NCBI GenBank assembly: GCA_965202995.1
Contig: OZ241861.1
Coordinates: 483,299-547,298 of the forward strand
Direction of reading: 5' to 3'
DNA length: 64,000 bases
Origin: Tepidiformaceae bacterium
GTDB taxonomy: Bacteria > Chloroflexota > Dehalococcoidia > Tepidiformales > Tepidiformaceae
The notes under the pieces are model-generated. The model was not told the origin of the DNA. It saw only the letters and a program-made list of their open reading frames with translations, and ran no database searches. The translations under genes were made by a program, and so were the position numbers. Shown here in pieces: positions 16,496 to 25,616 of this stretch (the first letter of the stretch is position 1; each line of letters starts with the position of its first letter).

Positions 16496-18229
16496 ATGAG
16501 CGACAAAGTCGAACTCCTCTGCAGCTGGGACAGCGTCCACACGCCGCCCCACAGCGCCTACACGACGACGAACGCCGCCGAGGTGCTGCCGGGCGTGACC
16601 CGCCCCCTGCCCGCCGACATCTGGCGGGAGTGGGACTACATCTGGAACCACGGCGTGCTCGAGGACCTGGGCGTGCTCGACCTCGTGCCCCTGCCCAAAC
16701 CGCCGGGGACCACCATCCTGCCCTTCATCGGCGGGCGCTTCGTCATCAACTACGCCCTCACCATGCAGTTCACGTCCACCTACCAGGTGGGCGAGGGCAG
16801 CGACTTCCTCAAGCAGTTCCTCGAGGGCGGCGACGCCCTCAAGAGCGACGCCGCCTCCGATGAGGAGCGCGCCGCCGCCACGCGCGCGCGCATCACCGAG
16901 CGCTGGGAGGCGAACGCGGCCACCTGGGCCAAAAACCGCGAGATCACCTACGACGCCTGGCGCCACTCCCGCGTGCGCGACTGGAGCGCCGCCAGCGACG
17001 CCGACCTGATCGAGGCACTGGACGAGGGCATCACGCTGGCGGGCCGCCTCTTCATCTCCCACTACTACAGCTCCGTCGGCGGTGGCGAGTACACCACCAT
17101 CATCGGTGACATCCTCAAGGAGCACATCCCCGACCACCCGCCGGAGTGGACGAACACCATCACCAGCGGCCTCACGGACGTGGAGAGCGCGCTGCCCGCG
17201 AAGGCCATCTGGGATCTGAGCCGCTTCGCGCTGGCCCGCCCCGCGCTGGCGGACGACCTGCGCACGCTCACGGCGGACGGCCTCACCGCGCGGCTGGCCT
17301 CGCCGCCCGACGACGGCTGGCGCGCCTTCGCCGCCGAGTACGCCGCCTTCGTCGACCAATTCGGCTTCCGCGGCCAGAACGAGACGGACCCCTCCCACCG
17401 CACGTGGGACGAGGCCCCCAACTTCGTGCTGAGCAGCATCCAGGCCGACCTGCAGGCCCCGCCCGAACGCGATCCGCACGCGCTGGAACGGAAGCAGGCG
17501 GCGGCGCGCGAGGCGGTGGAGCACGACATCGAGGCGCGCCTGCCCGCCGAGACGCTGGACGGCTTCCGCCACGCCCTGCGGCTGGCCCAGACGCTGAACC
17601 GCGGGCGCGAGGGCAGCAAGGCCAACTGGGCCCGGGCCTGCCGCACGCAGCGCCCGCCCGTCATGGAGCTGGCCCGGCGGCTGGTCGCGCGCGGCGTCGT
17701 CGATGACGCCGACGACGTGTGGTACCTGCGCCTGCCGGAGCTGCGCGAGGCCGCGCGGGGCGAGCTCGACGCGGCGCGCGCGAAAGCGGGCGTGGCCAGC
17801 CGCCGCGAGGAGCGCGCCCGCCTCGAGGGCTACGAGCTGCCCGTGCTGTTCGACTGGCCCGTCGAGCTCATCCCCCGCGAGCGGGCCGCGGCGGCGGAGT
17901 CGGCCTCCTACGAGGGGCTGGGCATCAGCCCCGGGCGGGCCACCGGGCGCGCGCGCGTCATCGAGAGCGCCGAGGCGGCCATGAGCGCCGACCTCGCGCC
18001 CGGCGACATCCTCATCGCGCCCGTCACCGACGCCGCCTGGACGCCGCTCTTCATCCCCGCCGCGGGCGTGGTCGTGGAGACGGGCGGCGTGCTGAGCCAC
18101 GCGGCCACGGTGGCGCGCGAGTTCGGCATCCCCGCCGTGGCCCAGATCCGCGGCGTCACCTCGCTCATCCCGAACGGCGCCACGGTCACGCTCGACGGCG
18201 CCGCCGGCACCGTCACGGTCGAGCCGTAG
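16496..18229 (+). CDS. PEP-utilising enzyme family protein (mobile phosphohistidine domain at the C-terminus)
   Basis: ORF-track 16496..18229. The C-terminal GDILIAPVTDAAWTPLFIPAAGVVVETGGVLSHAATVAREFGIPAV is the PEP-utilisers mobile domain. Confidence 0.75.
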   Translation: MSDKVELLCSWDSVHTPPHSAYTTTNAAEVLPGVTRPLPADIWREWDYIWNHGVLEDLGVLDLVPLPKPPGTTILPFIGGRFVINYALTMQFTSTYQVGEGSDFLKQFLEGGDALKSDAASDEERAAATRARITERWEANAATWAKNREITYDAWRHSRVRDWSAASDADLIEALDEGITLAGRLFISHYYSSVGGGEYTTIIGDILKEHIPDHPPEWTNTITSGLTDVESALPAKAIWDLSRFALARPALADDLRTLTADGLTARLASPPDDGWRAFAAEYAAFVDQFGFRGQNETDPSHRTWDEAPNFVLSSIQADLQAPPERDPHALERKQAAAREAVEHDIEARLPAETLDGFRHALRLAQTLNRGREGSKANWARACRTQRPPVMELARRLVARGVVDDADDVWYLRLPELREAARGELDAARAKAGVASRREERARLEGYELPVLFDWPVELIPRERAAAAESASYEGLGISPGRATGRARVIESAEAAMSADLAPGDILIAPVTDAAWTPLFIPAAGVVVETGGVLSHAATVAREFGIPAVAQIRGVTSLIPNGATVTLDGAAGTVTVEP

Positions 18230-18411
18230 GGGGCGGGGGCGGCGCGCGGCTTGGCATCGCGGGCCCCTGCGGGCCAGCGACGGCGGCGGGGCTGACGGAG
18301 CTGGCGCTGTACAACGTGGAGGGCGGGCACGGACGCCTGGGCGGGCGCGGGCTACCCACGGGGGACTGATACACTGGTTCCAGCGAAACGGCTCATCGGA
18401 GGCGCGGAGCG

Positions 18412-19101
18412 ATGAAAACCGTCACGGAAGCCCGAACGAACCTGTCCTTCGAGGGCATCTACGAGGCGCCGGAGGCGGCGCGATACCTGAAGGCGGCCGA
18501 CCGCGGGGCGAAGGTCTACCCGGTCCGCTCGGCCACCATTATCCGCTGGATTCGTCAGGGACTCTCCTCGCTCGATCTTGTCGATACTCCCGGCGCGGAG
18601 CTGGTGATCACCTTCGAGGATCTGGTTTCGATGCGCGTGATTGCCGCCCTGCGTGCGGCGGACATCCAGTGGAAGGAGATCCGCGCGACGGAGCGCTGGT
18701 TGCGGAACGAACTTGGCATCCCCCGCCCGTTCGCGTCGGAGTCCCTCTGGGCGGGACGGGGGCAGGTGTTCGGCGACTGGACGAGCCAGCTGCTGGCCGC
18801 GAGCCTGCACGGGCAGGCGGCGTTCGAGATGCTGCACCAGTACCTGATTCCCGTGCATGGCCTGAGCTTCGACCAGGCGTCCGGCATGGCGAATTCCTGG
18901 GAGGCGGCGCCGTCCATCCTGCTGGCGCCGGAAATCCAGTTCGGGGCGCCCTGCATCAAGGGGACGCGCATCCCGGCGCGAACCATCGCGGGGATGATCG
19001 ACGCCGGAGATTCCAGGGAATGGGTGATGGGGGAGTTCGGAATCTCGAAAGAGGAGGCGGATGCCGCCTGTGAATGGGAACATCGTCTCCGAGCCGCATA
19101 A
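18412..19101 (+). CDS. DUF433-domain protein (putative antitoxin-like) with an N-terminal extension
   Basis: ORF-track 18412..19101. The C-terminal IQFGAPCIKGTRIPARTIAGMIDAGDSREWVMGEFGISKEE matches the DUF433 pattern. Confidence 0.65.
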   Translation: MKTVTEARTNLSFEGIYEAPEAARYLKAADRGAKVYPVRSATIIRWIRQGLSSLDLVDTPGAELVITFEDLVSMRVIAALRAADIQWKEIRATERWLRNELGIPRPFASESLWAGRGQVFGDWTSQLLAASLHGQAAFEMLHQYLIPVHGLSFDQASGMANSWEAAPSILLAPEIQFGAPCIKGTRIPARTIAGMIDAGDSREWVMGEFGISKEEADAACEWEHRLRAA

Positions 19102-19105
19102 CCCC

Positions 19106-19174
19106 TTGTTCCTGCTTGATGAGTCGCTGGTCCCGGCCGTCGCTCGCGCACTGAATGCGGTTGGCTACCGGGAG
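19106..19174 (+). pseudogene. truncated DUF5615 (PIN-like toxin) remnant
   Basis: An in-frame TTG at 19106 gives (M)FLLDESLVPAVARALNAVGY, the characteristic DUF5615 N-terminus. After about 22 codons the frame becomes Arg-rich nonsense and runs into the convergent VOC gene. Confidence 0.5.
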
Positions 19175-19214
19175 AGGCTGCGGAGCGGTCAACGGCGAGG
19201 GGCGAGGAGCGGGG

Positions 19215-19589
19215 CTACTGGCGGAGGGCGCGCGTCTCCGGCGTCTCGATCAGCTGGCAATGGTTGCCGTCGGGGTCGAGGAAGGTCGAGATGCGCCCGC
19301 CCCAGGGCTCCTCGCCCTTGCTGCGCACGAAGGCCGCGCCGCCCGCCTCCAGCCGCGCATGCTCCGCGTCGAGGTCGTCCACCACGAAGTTGATGAGGCA
19401 ACGCTTCGCGTCGGCGGCGGGGCCGCGCACCTCGTCGTGGGCGCTCACGATGAGGTAGCTCTGGCCCAGCGCGAACGCGCCCGGGCTCATCTCCGGCGCG
19501 GGCGTCAGCCCCACGACGTCGCGGTAGAACGCGATCAGCCGCTCCGGCCGCTCGCTCCCCAGGTTGAGCGACAGCGACGGCAGGATCAC
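19215..19589 (-). CDS. glyoxalase/bleomycin-resistance (VOC) family protein
   Basis: This is the C-terminal 124 codons of ORF-track 19215..20060, starting at GTG 19589 (VILPSLSLNLGSERPERLIAFYRDVVGL...). ...GGRISTFLDPDGNHCQLIE is typical of VOC proteins. Confidence 0.75.
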   Translation of the reverse strand: MILPSLSLNLGSERPERLIAFYRDVVGLTPAPEMSPGAFALGQSYLIVSAHDEVRGPAADAKRCLINFVVDDLDAEHARLEAGGAAFVRSKGEEPWGGRISTFLDPDGNHCQLIETPETRALRQ

Positions 19590-19594
19590 GGACG

Positions 19595-20536
19595 CTACCC
19601 CGCGAAGCCGTCGATGGCGGCGAGGTCGTCGGGCGTGAGCGCCCAGCCCGCCGCCGCCACGTTGGCGCGCACCTGATCGGGCCGCGTGGCGCCGGAGATG
19701 ACGCTGGGCACACCCTCCTGCGCGAGCAGCCAGCTCATGGCCAGGTCGAGCACGGTGTGGCCGCGCTCCGCCGCGAACGCCTCCGCCTTCGCGAGGACGT
19801 CCCAGTTGCGGTCGTTCACGTACTTGCCCGCCAGCCCGGCCAGCATCCCCTCGCTGAAGCGGCTGCCCTCCGGCATCTCCGCGTCGCGGCGGTACTTGCC
19901 CGTGAGGAAGCCCGCGGCCAGCGGGAAGTAGGGCAGGATGCCGAAGCCGCAGTCGCGCGCGGCGGGCGCGACCTCGGCCTCGATGCCGCGCTCCACGAGG
20001 CTCCACTCGTTCTCCACGGAGACGTAGGGCGCGAGGCCGTTCGCGGCCGTCGTCTCGCACGCCTCCGCGATCTGCGCGGCGGACACGTTGGAGATGCCCG
20101 CGTGGCGCACCTTGCCCGCCTTCACGGCGTCGTCCAGCGCGCGCGCCGTCTCCTCCGCGGGCGTGTCCGGGTCGGGGAAATGGACCATGTAGAGGTCCAC
20201 GTAGTCGGTGCCGAGCCGCCCCAGGCTCTTCTCCAGGGCGTTCGTGATGTACTCGCGGGAGCCGCTGCCGGGCGAGGCCATGTCCGCGCCGGGCATGCCG
20301 AACTTGGTGGCGATGACGGTCTCACCGCGGCGCCCGCCGAGGGCCGCGCCCAGCATCTCCTCCGAGGCGCCCATGCCGTACATCTCCGCCGTGTCGAAGA
20401 AATTGACGCCCAGGTCGAGCGCCGTGTCGACCACGGCCCTGGCGGTGTCCGCGTCGATCCTCATGCCGAAGTTGTTGCAGCCGAGCCCCACGACCGAGAC
20501 TTCCAGGTCCGAGCTGCCGATGGTGCGTTTCTCCAC
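19595..20536 (-). CDS. aldo/keto reductase
   Basis: ORF-track 19595..20536. LEVSVVGLGCNNFG ... NFFDTAEMYG ... GKVRHAGISN are AKR hallmarks. Confidence 0.88.
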   Translation of the reverse strand: MEKRTIGSSDLEVSVVGLGCNNFGMRIDADTARAVVDTALDLGVNFFDTAEMYGMGASEEMLGAALGGRRGETVIATKFGMPGADMASPGSGSREYITNALEKSLGRLGTDYVDLYMVHFPDPDTPAEETARALDDAVKAGKVRHAGISNVSAAQIAEACETTAANGLAPYVSVENEWSLVERGIEAEVAPAARDCGFGILPYFPLAAGFLTGKYRRDAEMPEGSRFSEGMLAGLAGKYVNDRNWDVLAKAEAFAAERGHTVLDLAMSWLLAQEGVPSVISGATRPDQVRANVAAAGWALTPDDLAAIDGFAG

Positions 20537-20606
20537 GATGACGGCCTCCGTGCGTGCGTTCGCGCGCAGTGTAGGGCAATCGGCGGCGGGGCGCGCATCG
20601 GGGGCC

Positions 20607-21869
20607 TCAGGTGGGCGCGAACTCCAGCTCCAGCGACGCCACCGAGCGCATGGCCGTACCCTCGCCCATGCGCGGGTTGCGCCCGGGCTTGATGCGCACG
20701 TCGCCGACCGCCTCGAGGAGCGCGCGCGAGCCGATCACCGCCTCCGCCCGCGCCAGCTGGTAGCCCACGCAGAAGTGCTTGCCCAGCCCGAAGCCGAGGT
20801 GGCTCGCGCGCCCGCCCTCGCGGTGGCCCACGCGCGTCTCCTTCCCGAAGTACAGGTCCTCGCGGAAGAGGTCGAAGCGCTCCGGCTCGGCGAAGACGCG
20901 CTCGTCGTGGTTGGCCGAGTGCATGGAGAGGTGCGCGACCGCGCCCGCCGGGATGGCCGCGCCGCGCACGGCCGCCTCGCGCAGCGTCACCCGCGGCTCG
21001 CCGCCGACCGGCCCGGAATGGCGCATCGTCTCCGTGAAGGCGCGGTCCAGCAGCCCGTGGTCGCGCCGCACCCCGGCGAACTGGTCGGGATGGTTGAGCA
21101 GCAGCCACCAGAGGTTGGCGATGGCCTTGTCCGTGGTCTCGCCGCCCGCCGTCAGCAGCAGGCTCGTGAAGGCCTTGACGTCGTGCGCCGACAGCCGTTC
21201 GCCGTCCACCTCCGCCGCGCACAGCCGCGAGATGAGGTCGTCGCCCGGCTGGCGCCGCCGCTCGCGCACGAACGGCTCCAGGTACTCGTGGAACTCGCGG
21301 TTGGCCGCGATGCCCGCCCGCCGCAGCGCCGGATCGGGCGACAGCCCCGCCAGGAACGTCGGGTACCAGCGGCGGAAGCGGTCGCGGTCGGAGCGGGGCA
21401 GCGCGAGCATGTCCACGATCACGTTCACGGGCAGGCGCGCGCTGAACTCGCTCACGAGGTCCGCCTCGCGCTTCGCCGCCATGCCGTCCGCCAGCTCGCG
21501 CGCGGCCTTCTCCGTGAAGCGCGCGACCAGCTCGCGCACGTTGCCCTCGACGACGGGCAGGAAGGCGTCCAGCCGGCGGCCCACGAATTCGGGCGCGACG
21601 ATGGCGCGCTTGCGCGTGTGCTCGTCCCCGTCCATGGCCGTGAGCGAGGGGCCGAAGACGGCGCTGTGCGACTGCTCCATGATGCTGCTGGAGAACGTGT
21701 CGTGGTCGAGGAAGCCCGCCACAACGTCCTCGTAGCGCGTGATCCACCAGACGCCGTCGCGCGGGTTGCGCCAGACGGGGTGTTCGTCGCGCAGCCGCCG
21801 CAGGGCCGGATACGGGTCCAGCCGGAAGGCTTCCCCCTCCAGCAGGCGCGGGTCGAACGGCTCGCTCAT
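20607..21869 (-). CDS. cytochrome P450
   Basis: ORF-track 20607..21869. The heme-binding loop is FGLGKHFCVGYQLA and the I-helix is LLLTAGGETT. Confidence 0.9.
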   Translation of the reverse strand: MSEPFDPRLLEGEAFRLDPYPALRRLRDEHPVWRNPRDGVWWITRYEDVVAGFLDHDTFSSSIMEQSHSAVFGPSLTAMDGDEHTRKRAIVAPEFVGRRLDAFLPVVEGNVRELVARFTEKAARELADGMAAKREADLVSEFSARLPVNVIVDMLALPRSDRDRFRRWYPTFLAGLSPDPALRRAGIAANREFHEYLEPFVRERRRQPGDDLISRLCAAEVDGERLSAHDVKAFTSLLLTAGGETTDKAIANLWWLLLNHPDQFAGVRRDHGLLDRAFTETMRHSGPVGGEPRVTLREAAVRGAAIPAGAVAHLSMHSANHDERVFAEPERFDLFREDLYFGKETRVGHREGGRASHLGFGLGKHFCVGYQLARAEAVIGSRALLEAVGDVRIKPGRNPRMGEGTAMRSVASLELEFAPT

Positions 21870-21899
21870 GGCGCGCAGGATACGCCGCCCGCGCCGCGT

Positions 21900-22340
21900 T
21901 CAGCGCGCGGGATGCACGGCGCGCACGCACTCCACGAGCAGATTCCCGATGAAGTCCGCCAGCGGCGAGTCGTCCGGGGGCAGGCCTTGGATTTCGCTGT
22001 GCGAGGGGTCCGCGGGGTAGCCGTCCCCGGCATCCAGCGGCATGTGCGTGAAACACAGCGCCCCCAGATGCTCGCGCACCTGGCGCTTCGCGTCGCCGAC
22101 GCCCAGCTCGGCGAAACGCCCGCCGGGTCGCAACGCCAGACGGGAGCGGCGTCGTACCTCGGCGATGCGGGCTGCCGTATCTCCGATCGCGTCGAACCCT
22201 TCCAGCCAGTGGACGGAGAGGCCGGTCTCGTCGGAACGCAGGCGGAACGCGCCGACCGCGAGGCTGCCATCCAGGTGGACGAACGACGGCTTCGCATAGC
22301 GAACGACATGGTCGCCATCGGGCAGGTCGTCGCCGGTCAC
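21900..22340 (-). CDS. hypothetical protein, 146 aa (distal gene of a two-gene cassette)
   Basis: ORF-track 21900..22340. GTG start with a 4-nt overlap onto the upstream gene. Native GC3 bias. No motif recognised. Confidence 0.55.
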   Translation of the reverse strand: MTGDDLPDGDHVVRYAKPSFVHLDGSLAVGAFRLRSDETGLSVHWLEGFDAIGDTAARIAEVRRRSRLALRPGGRFAELGVGDAKRQVREHLGALCFTHMPLDAGDGYPADPSHSEIQGLPPDDSPLADFIGNLLVECVRAVHPAR

Positions 22341-22735
22341 GTGCCCGCCGTCAGGGGAAGGTCGAACGCGCCAACCTGCCCCCTGACCCCTTCGAGCGTA
22401 TCCGTTCCGTACGCGCGGGAGGCTTCGGCCGCTCCGGCGCGTTTCGTGAAGACGACGAACGCCACCGTCCCGTCCCCGCGAAACTGAAGGCCCAGATGGC
22501 TCCCGTCGGCGCCCTTCCAGACGGCGCGCAGGTTCCCGTTCTCCAGCAGCGACAACTCCGCGCGATCCATCCCCGACGACGACCGCACGAACGCCCAGAA
22601 GTCCCGCTCCGAGGCCTCATTCACCACGATGTCGTCGGCGGGCGCGCCATCGCGCAGGGAGGCGATGCGAGCGCGGTAGGCGTCCGCGACGCTCCCCGAC
22701 GCGCCGTTCGGTCGGGCGACGGGCTCAGTGGCCAT
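22337..22735 (-). CDS. hypothetical protein, 132 aa (proximal gene of a two-gene cassette)
   Basis: ATG 22735 (MATEPVARPNG...) is in frame with ORF-track 22337..22792. GGAGG (22746..22742) lies 6 nt upstream, and a TAGGAT-like -10 sits at 22773..22768. Confidence 0.55.
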   Translation of the reverse strand: MATEPVARPNGASGSVADAYRARIASLRDGAPADDIVVNEASERDFWAFVRSSSGMDRAELSLLENGNLRAVWKGADGSHLGLQFRGDGTVAFVVFTKRAGAAEASRAYGTDTLEGVRGQVGAFDLPLTAGT

Positions 22736-22805
22736 TCCGCGCCTCCGTCGCGCCATCGCGCCACCCCATCCTACTCCACCCGGCACCGGCATCTCCCCTC
22801 CCCGC

Positions 22806-23753
22806 TCAGCCCCGGCCCGCCGCGTCCAGGGCGGCGGCGAGGCGCGGGAAGAGGGGGCGCGCGTTGCCCGCGCCGATGGCCGCCAGCTGCGTCGCGTCGA
22901 AGCCCGACTCCTCCCGCAGCCAGGCGATGGCCCCGTCCACGTCCGCGCGCGAGAAGGCCGGGTAGTCCGTGCCGAAGATGAGGTGGTCCGCGTCCGTCAC
23001 CGTGAGCAGGCTCGGGAGCGCCGTGGCATGGCAGCACACGGCCACGTCGTAGTAGAGGCGCCCCAGGTAGGCCGCCACGCCCGCGGGCGCGTTCGTGCGC
23101 AGCGGCTCCGCGCCCTCGGAGCGCGCCACGCGCCCCGCGATGTAGGGGAAGCAGCCGCCCGCGTGCGCCATGATCCAGCGCAGGTTCCCGTACCGCTCGA
23201 ACGCCCCCGACGCCAGCAGACTGCCGATGGCGCGCGTCGTCTCCACGGGGAAATCGACGACGGAGGCGGGCAGGCCGGGCACCCCCACGGGCGAGGCCGT
23301 GGGATGCAGGTGGATGGTCGCCCCGCGCCGGTCGAGCGCCGCCAGCACGGCGTCGAAGCGCTCCGCGCCGATGAGATCGGGGCCCACGCCGCTGGGCAGG
23401 AGCACGCCGTCCATGCCCAGCTCGTCGAACGCGCGGTCGAGCTCGGCGCGGGCCGCGTCGGGGTCCACGATGGGCAGCGTGGCGAACGCCCCGAAGCGGT
23501 GGGGCCAGCGCCGCGCCACGCCCGCGAGATAGTCGTTCGCGGCGCGATGGAGGGGGATGGCCGCCGCCGGGTCCGCCACGTCGGCCACGAAGATGATGGG
23601 CGTGAGCACGGCGGCGGCGATGCCGCTGGCGTCCATGTCGGCGAGCGCCCGTTCGGGCGTCCAGCCGCCGCCCACGGTGATGCCGACGCGGGCCGCCGCC
23701 TCCGCGATTTCGGCGGCGGGCACATGATGGTGTACGTCGATCATGCCGTTCAT
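22806..23753 (-). CDS. amidohydrolase-2 (ACMSD-like metal-dependent hydrolase/decarboxylase) family protein
   Basis: ATG 23753 (MNGMIDVHHHV...) follows GGAGGGAG and is in frame with ORF-track 22806..23852. It shows the HxH ... H ... D pattern (IHLHPT, AHAGG, FGTDYP). Confidence 0.8.
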   Translation of the reverse strand: MNGMIDVHHHVPAAEIAEAAARVGITVGGGWTPERALADMDASGIAAAVLTPIIFVADVADPAAAIPLHRAANDYLAGVARRWPHRFGAFATLPIVDPDAARAELDRAFDELGMDGVLLPSGVGPDLIGAERFDAVLAALDRRGATIHLHPTASPVGVPGLPASVVDFPVETTRAIGSLLASGAFERYGNLRWIMAHAGGCFPYIAGRVARSEGAEPLRTNAPAGVAAYLGRLYYDVAVCCHATALPSLLTVTDADHLIFGTDYPAFSRADVDGAIAWLREESGFDATQLAAIGAGNARPLFPRLAAALDAAGRG

Positions 23754-23915
23754 GGCGCTCCCTCCGGCAGCGTTCCGTCCGCCACCATCGTACGCGACGG
23801 GAGCGTACGGGGGCGCGGGCGAGCGGCGAGAGACTTGGCGACCGTCAGCCATCCTGGCACAAGCGCGCTACTGCGGCGCGACGCGCAACCCGGAGGCGCG
23901 CGCACCGGTGTCGGT

Positions 23916-24425
23916 TCAGGAAGCGTCGCGGCCCGTCATGAGGCGGGCGCGCTGCTCGCGCTCGCGACGGCGGGAACGGGTGCCGTAGACGAAGGCCCCG
24001 ATGATGGCGGGCAGCGGGAAGGCCGCGAAGGCCACCGCGAACCAGGGACGATCCACCAGCACGGCAACGAGCGCCAGCGCCTCGAAGCCGAGCGTCAGGA
24101 GCGCCCCGCTCACAAGGCCCGCCCACGACCGCTGGCCCTCCTGTCGCAGCGCCTCGGTCTCCAGTTCGGCGCGATGGCCGGCCTGCCCCTCCGCCATCCT
24201 CACGATGCGATCAGCCGCGCCGGGGAGGACGGCCTCGTACTTCTCCAGCTCATCCGCCGACGGCAAGGGACCGGCGTGCAGGGACGCCTCAAGCGTAAAG
24301 ACTGCGGGGAGCTGTGCGAGTATCTCCGCGGGAAGCTGTTCAAGGATCTCGGGAAGAGCCGGCGATGCCTGCTCATCATCGGCGTCGGGAACCGCCAACT
24401 CCCCCGACTCGTTCTCCTGGCTCAC
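23916..24425 (-). CDS. DUF2335-like membrane protein
   Basis: ORF-track 23916..24425. PSADELEKYEAVLPGAADRIVRMAEGQAGHRAELE is followed by two TM helices, which matches my recollection of the DUF2335 pattern. It has a GTGA overlap with the upstream small gene. Confidence 0.55.
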   Translation of the reverse strand: MSQENESGELAVPDADDEQASPALPEILEQLPAEILAQLPAVFTLEASLHAGPLPSADELEKYEAVLPGAADRIVRMAEGQAGHRAELETEALRQEGQRSWAGLVSGALLTLGFEALALVAVLVDRPWFAVAFAAFPLPAIIGAFVYGTRSRRREREQRARLMTGRDAS

Positions 24426-24649
24426 GGCCGGTCGGCGTTCTCCGGTTTCCTGACCGTGATGGTGACCTCGTACACGCCCATCGCGTTCCGCAGGTCGTCG
24501 CCGACCGCCTGCCAGTCCTGCCCGATGGCGTAGCGGTCGGCCTGCGGGCCGCTGAGCGCGCTGTTGAACTCGGTCAGCGTGCCGCCGAAGTCGATGAGCC
24601 GCCCAAGACCTTCCCAGAAGCTGGGGCGGGCGAACAGGAAATCGGACAT
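24422..24649 (-). CDS. small hypothetical protein, 75 aa
   Basis: ATG 24649 (MSDFLFARPSFWEGLGRLIDFGG...) lies 7 nt after GAAGGAG. A TAAGAT -10-like hexamer sits at 24676..24671. In frame with ORF-track 24422..24670. Confidence 0.55.
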   Translation of the reverse strand: MSDFLFARPSFWEGLGRLIDFGGTLTEFNSALSGPQADRYAIGQDWQAVGDDLRNAMGVYEVTITVRKPENADRP

Positions 24650-24704
24650 CGGAACGCTCCTTCCCCCCACATCTTACAGGCGCGCGGCCCGCGCCGCCAG
24701 CCGC

Positions 24705-25559
24705 TCAGGAGACCTCGCGCCAGTAGCGCTCGATGGCCTCGATGTGCGCGCGCGGACCGTCCAGGCCCGCGTTCATGGTGCGCATGGAGACGTAGTCCGC
24801 GCCCGCCTCGCGCCAGCGCTCCGCCTCCGCCGTCCAGCCGTCGGGGCCGTCCGCGTAGTTCACCATGGCCTCGACGCCGAACTCGGCGGGGTCGCGCCCC
24901 CCGCGCGCGAGGTGGCCGCGGATCGTCTCCAGCGCGGCGAGCGCGTCCGTCGAGCTCCCGCCGAAGATGAAGCCGTCGCCGATGCGCGCGGCGCGCTCGA
25001 AGGCGGGCGCGCTGAAGCCGCCGAACCAGATGGGGATGCGCCTGCCCGGCAGCGGGTTCAGGCCCGCGCGGTCGATGCGGTGCCATTCGCCCGCGAAATC
25101 GACGACGGGCTCGGCCCACAGCCGCCGCAGCACCTCGATCTGCTCCTCCTGCCGCCTGCCGCGGTTCCCGAAGCGCTCGTTGAGGGCGTCGTACTCCACG
25201 TAGTTCCAGCCCGTGCCCACGCCCAGCCGCAGCCGCCCGCCGGAGAGGATGTCCACCTCGGCGGCCTGCTTGGCCACGAGCGCGGTCTGGCGCTGGGGCA
25301 GGATGATGACGCCCGTGACCAGCCCCACGCGCTCCGTGACGGCGGCCAGGTAGCCGAACAGCGTGAAGGGCTCGTGGAAGGCGGACTCGTGCGTGTAGGG
25401 GCCCCACAGCCGCGGCTCGCGCTCGGGCGTCGCGCCCAGCACGTGGTCGTAGGCGAGGATGTGCGAGTAGCCCAGCCCCTCCGCCGTCTGCGCGAAATCG
25501 CGGATCACGGACGGGTCCGCGCCGATCTCGGTCTGGGGGAAGATGACGCCGATTCGCAT
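24705..25559 (-). CDS. luciferase-like monooxygenase (LLM) family flavin/F420-dependent oxidoreductase
   Basis: ORF-track 24705..25559. MRIGVIFPQTE ... LGVGTGWN is typical of the LLM class. Confidence 0.8.
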   Translation of the reverse strand: MRIGVIFPQTEIGADPSVIRDFAQTAEGLGYSHILAYDHVLGATPEREPRLWGPYTHESAFHEPFTLFGYLAAVTERVGLVTGVIILPQRQTALVAKQAAEVDILSGGRLRLGVGTGWNYVEYDALNERFGNRGRRQEEQIEVLRRLWAEPVVDFAGEWHRIDRAGLNPLPGRRIPIWFGGFSAPAFERAARIGDGFIFGGSSTDALAALETIRGHLARGGRDPAEFGVEAMVNYADGPDGWTAEAERWREAGADYVSMRTMNAGLDGPRAHIEAIERYWREVS

Positions 25560-25616
25560 GGGCCCGCTCCGTTCGCGCGATGGCCGCAGTCTACGCCCCT
25601 CCGCCCGCCCGGCGCG

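Noticed and set aside
19061-19393. ORF-track 110-aa ORF as a full-length DUF5615 toxin.
   Set aside because: Only the first 22 residues or so after the in-frame TTG resemble the family. The rest is Arg/Pro-rich and overlaps the well-supported convergent VOC gene.
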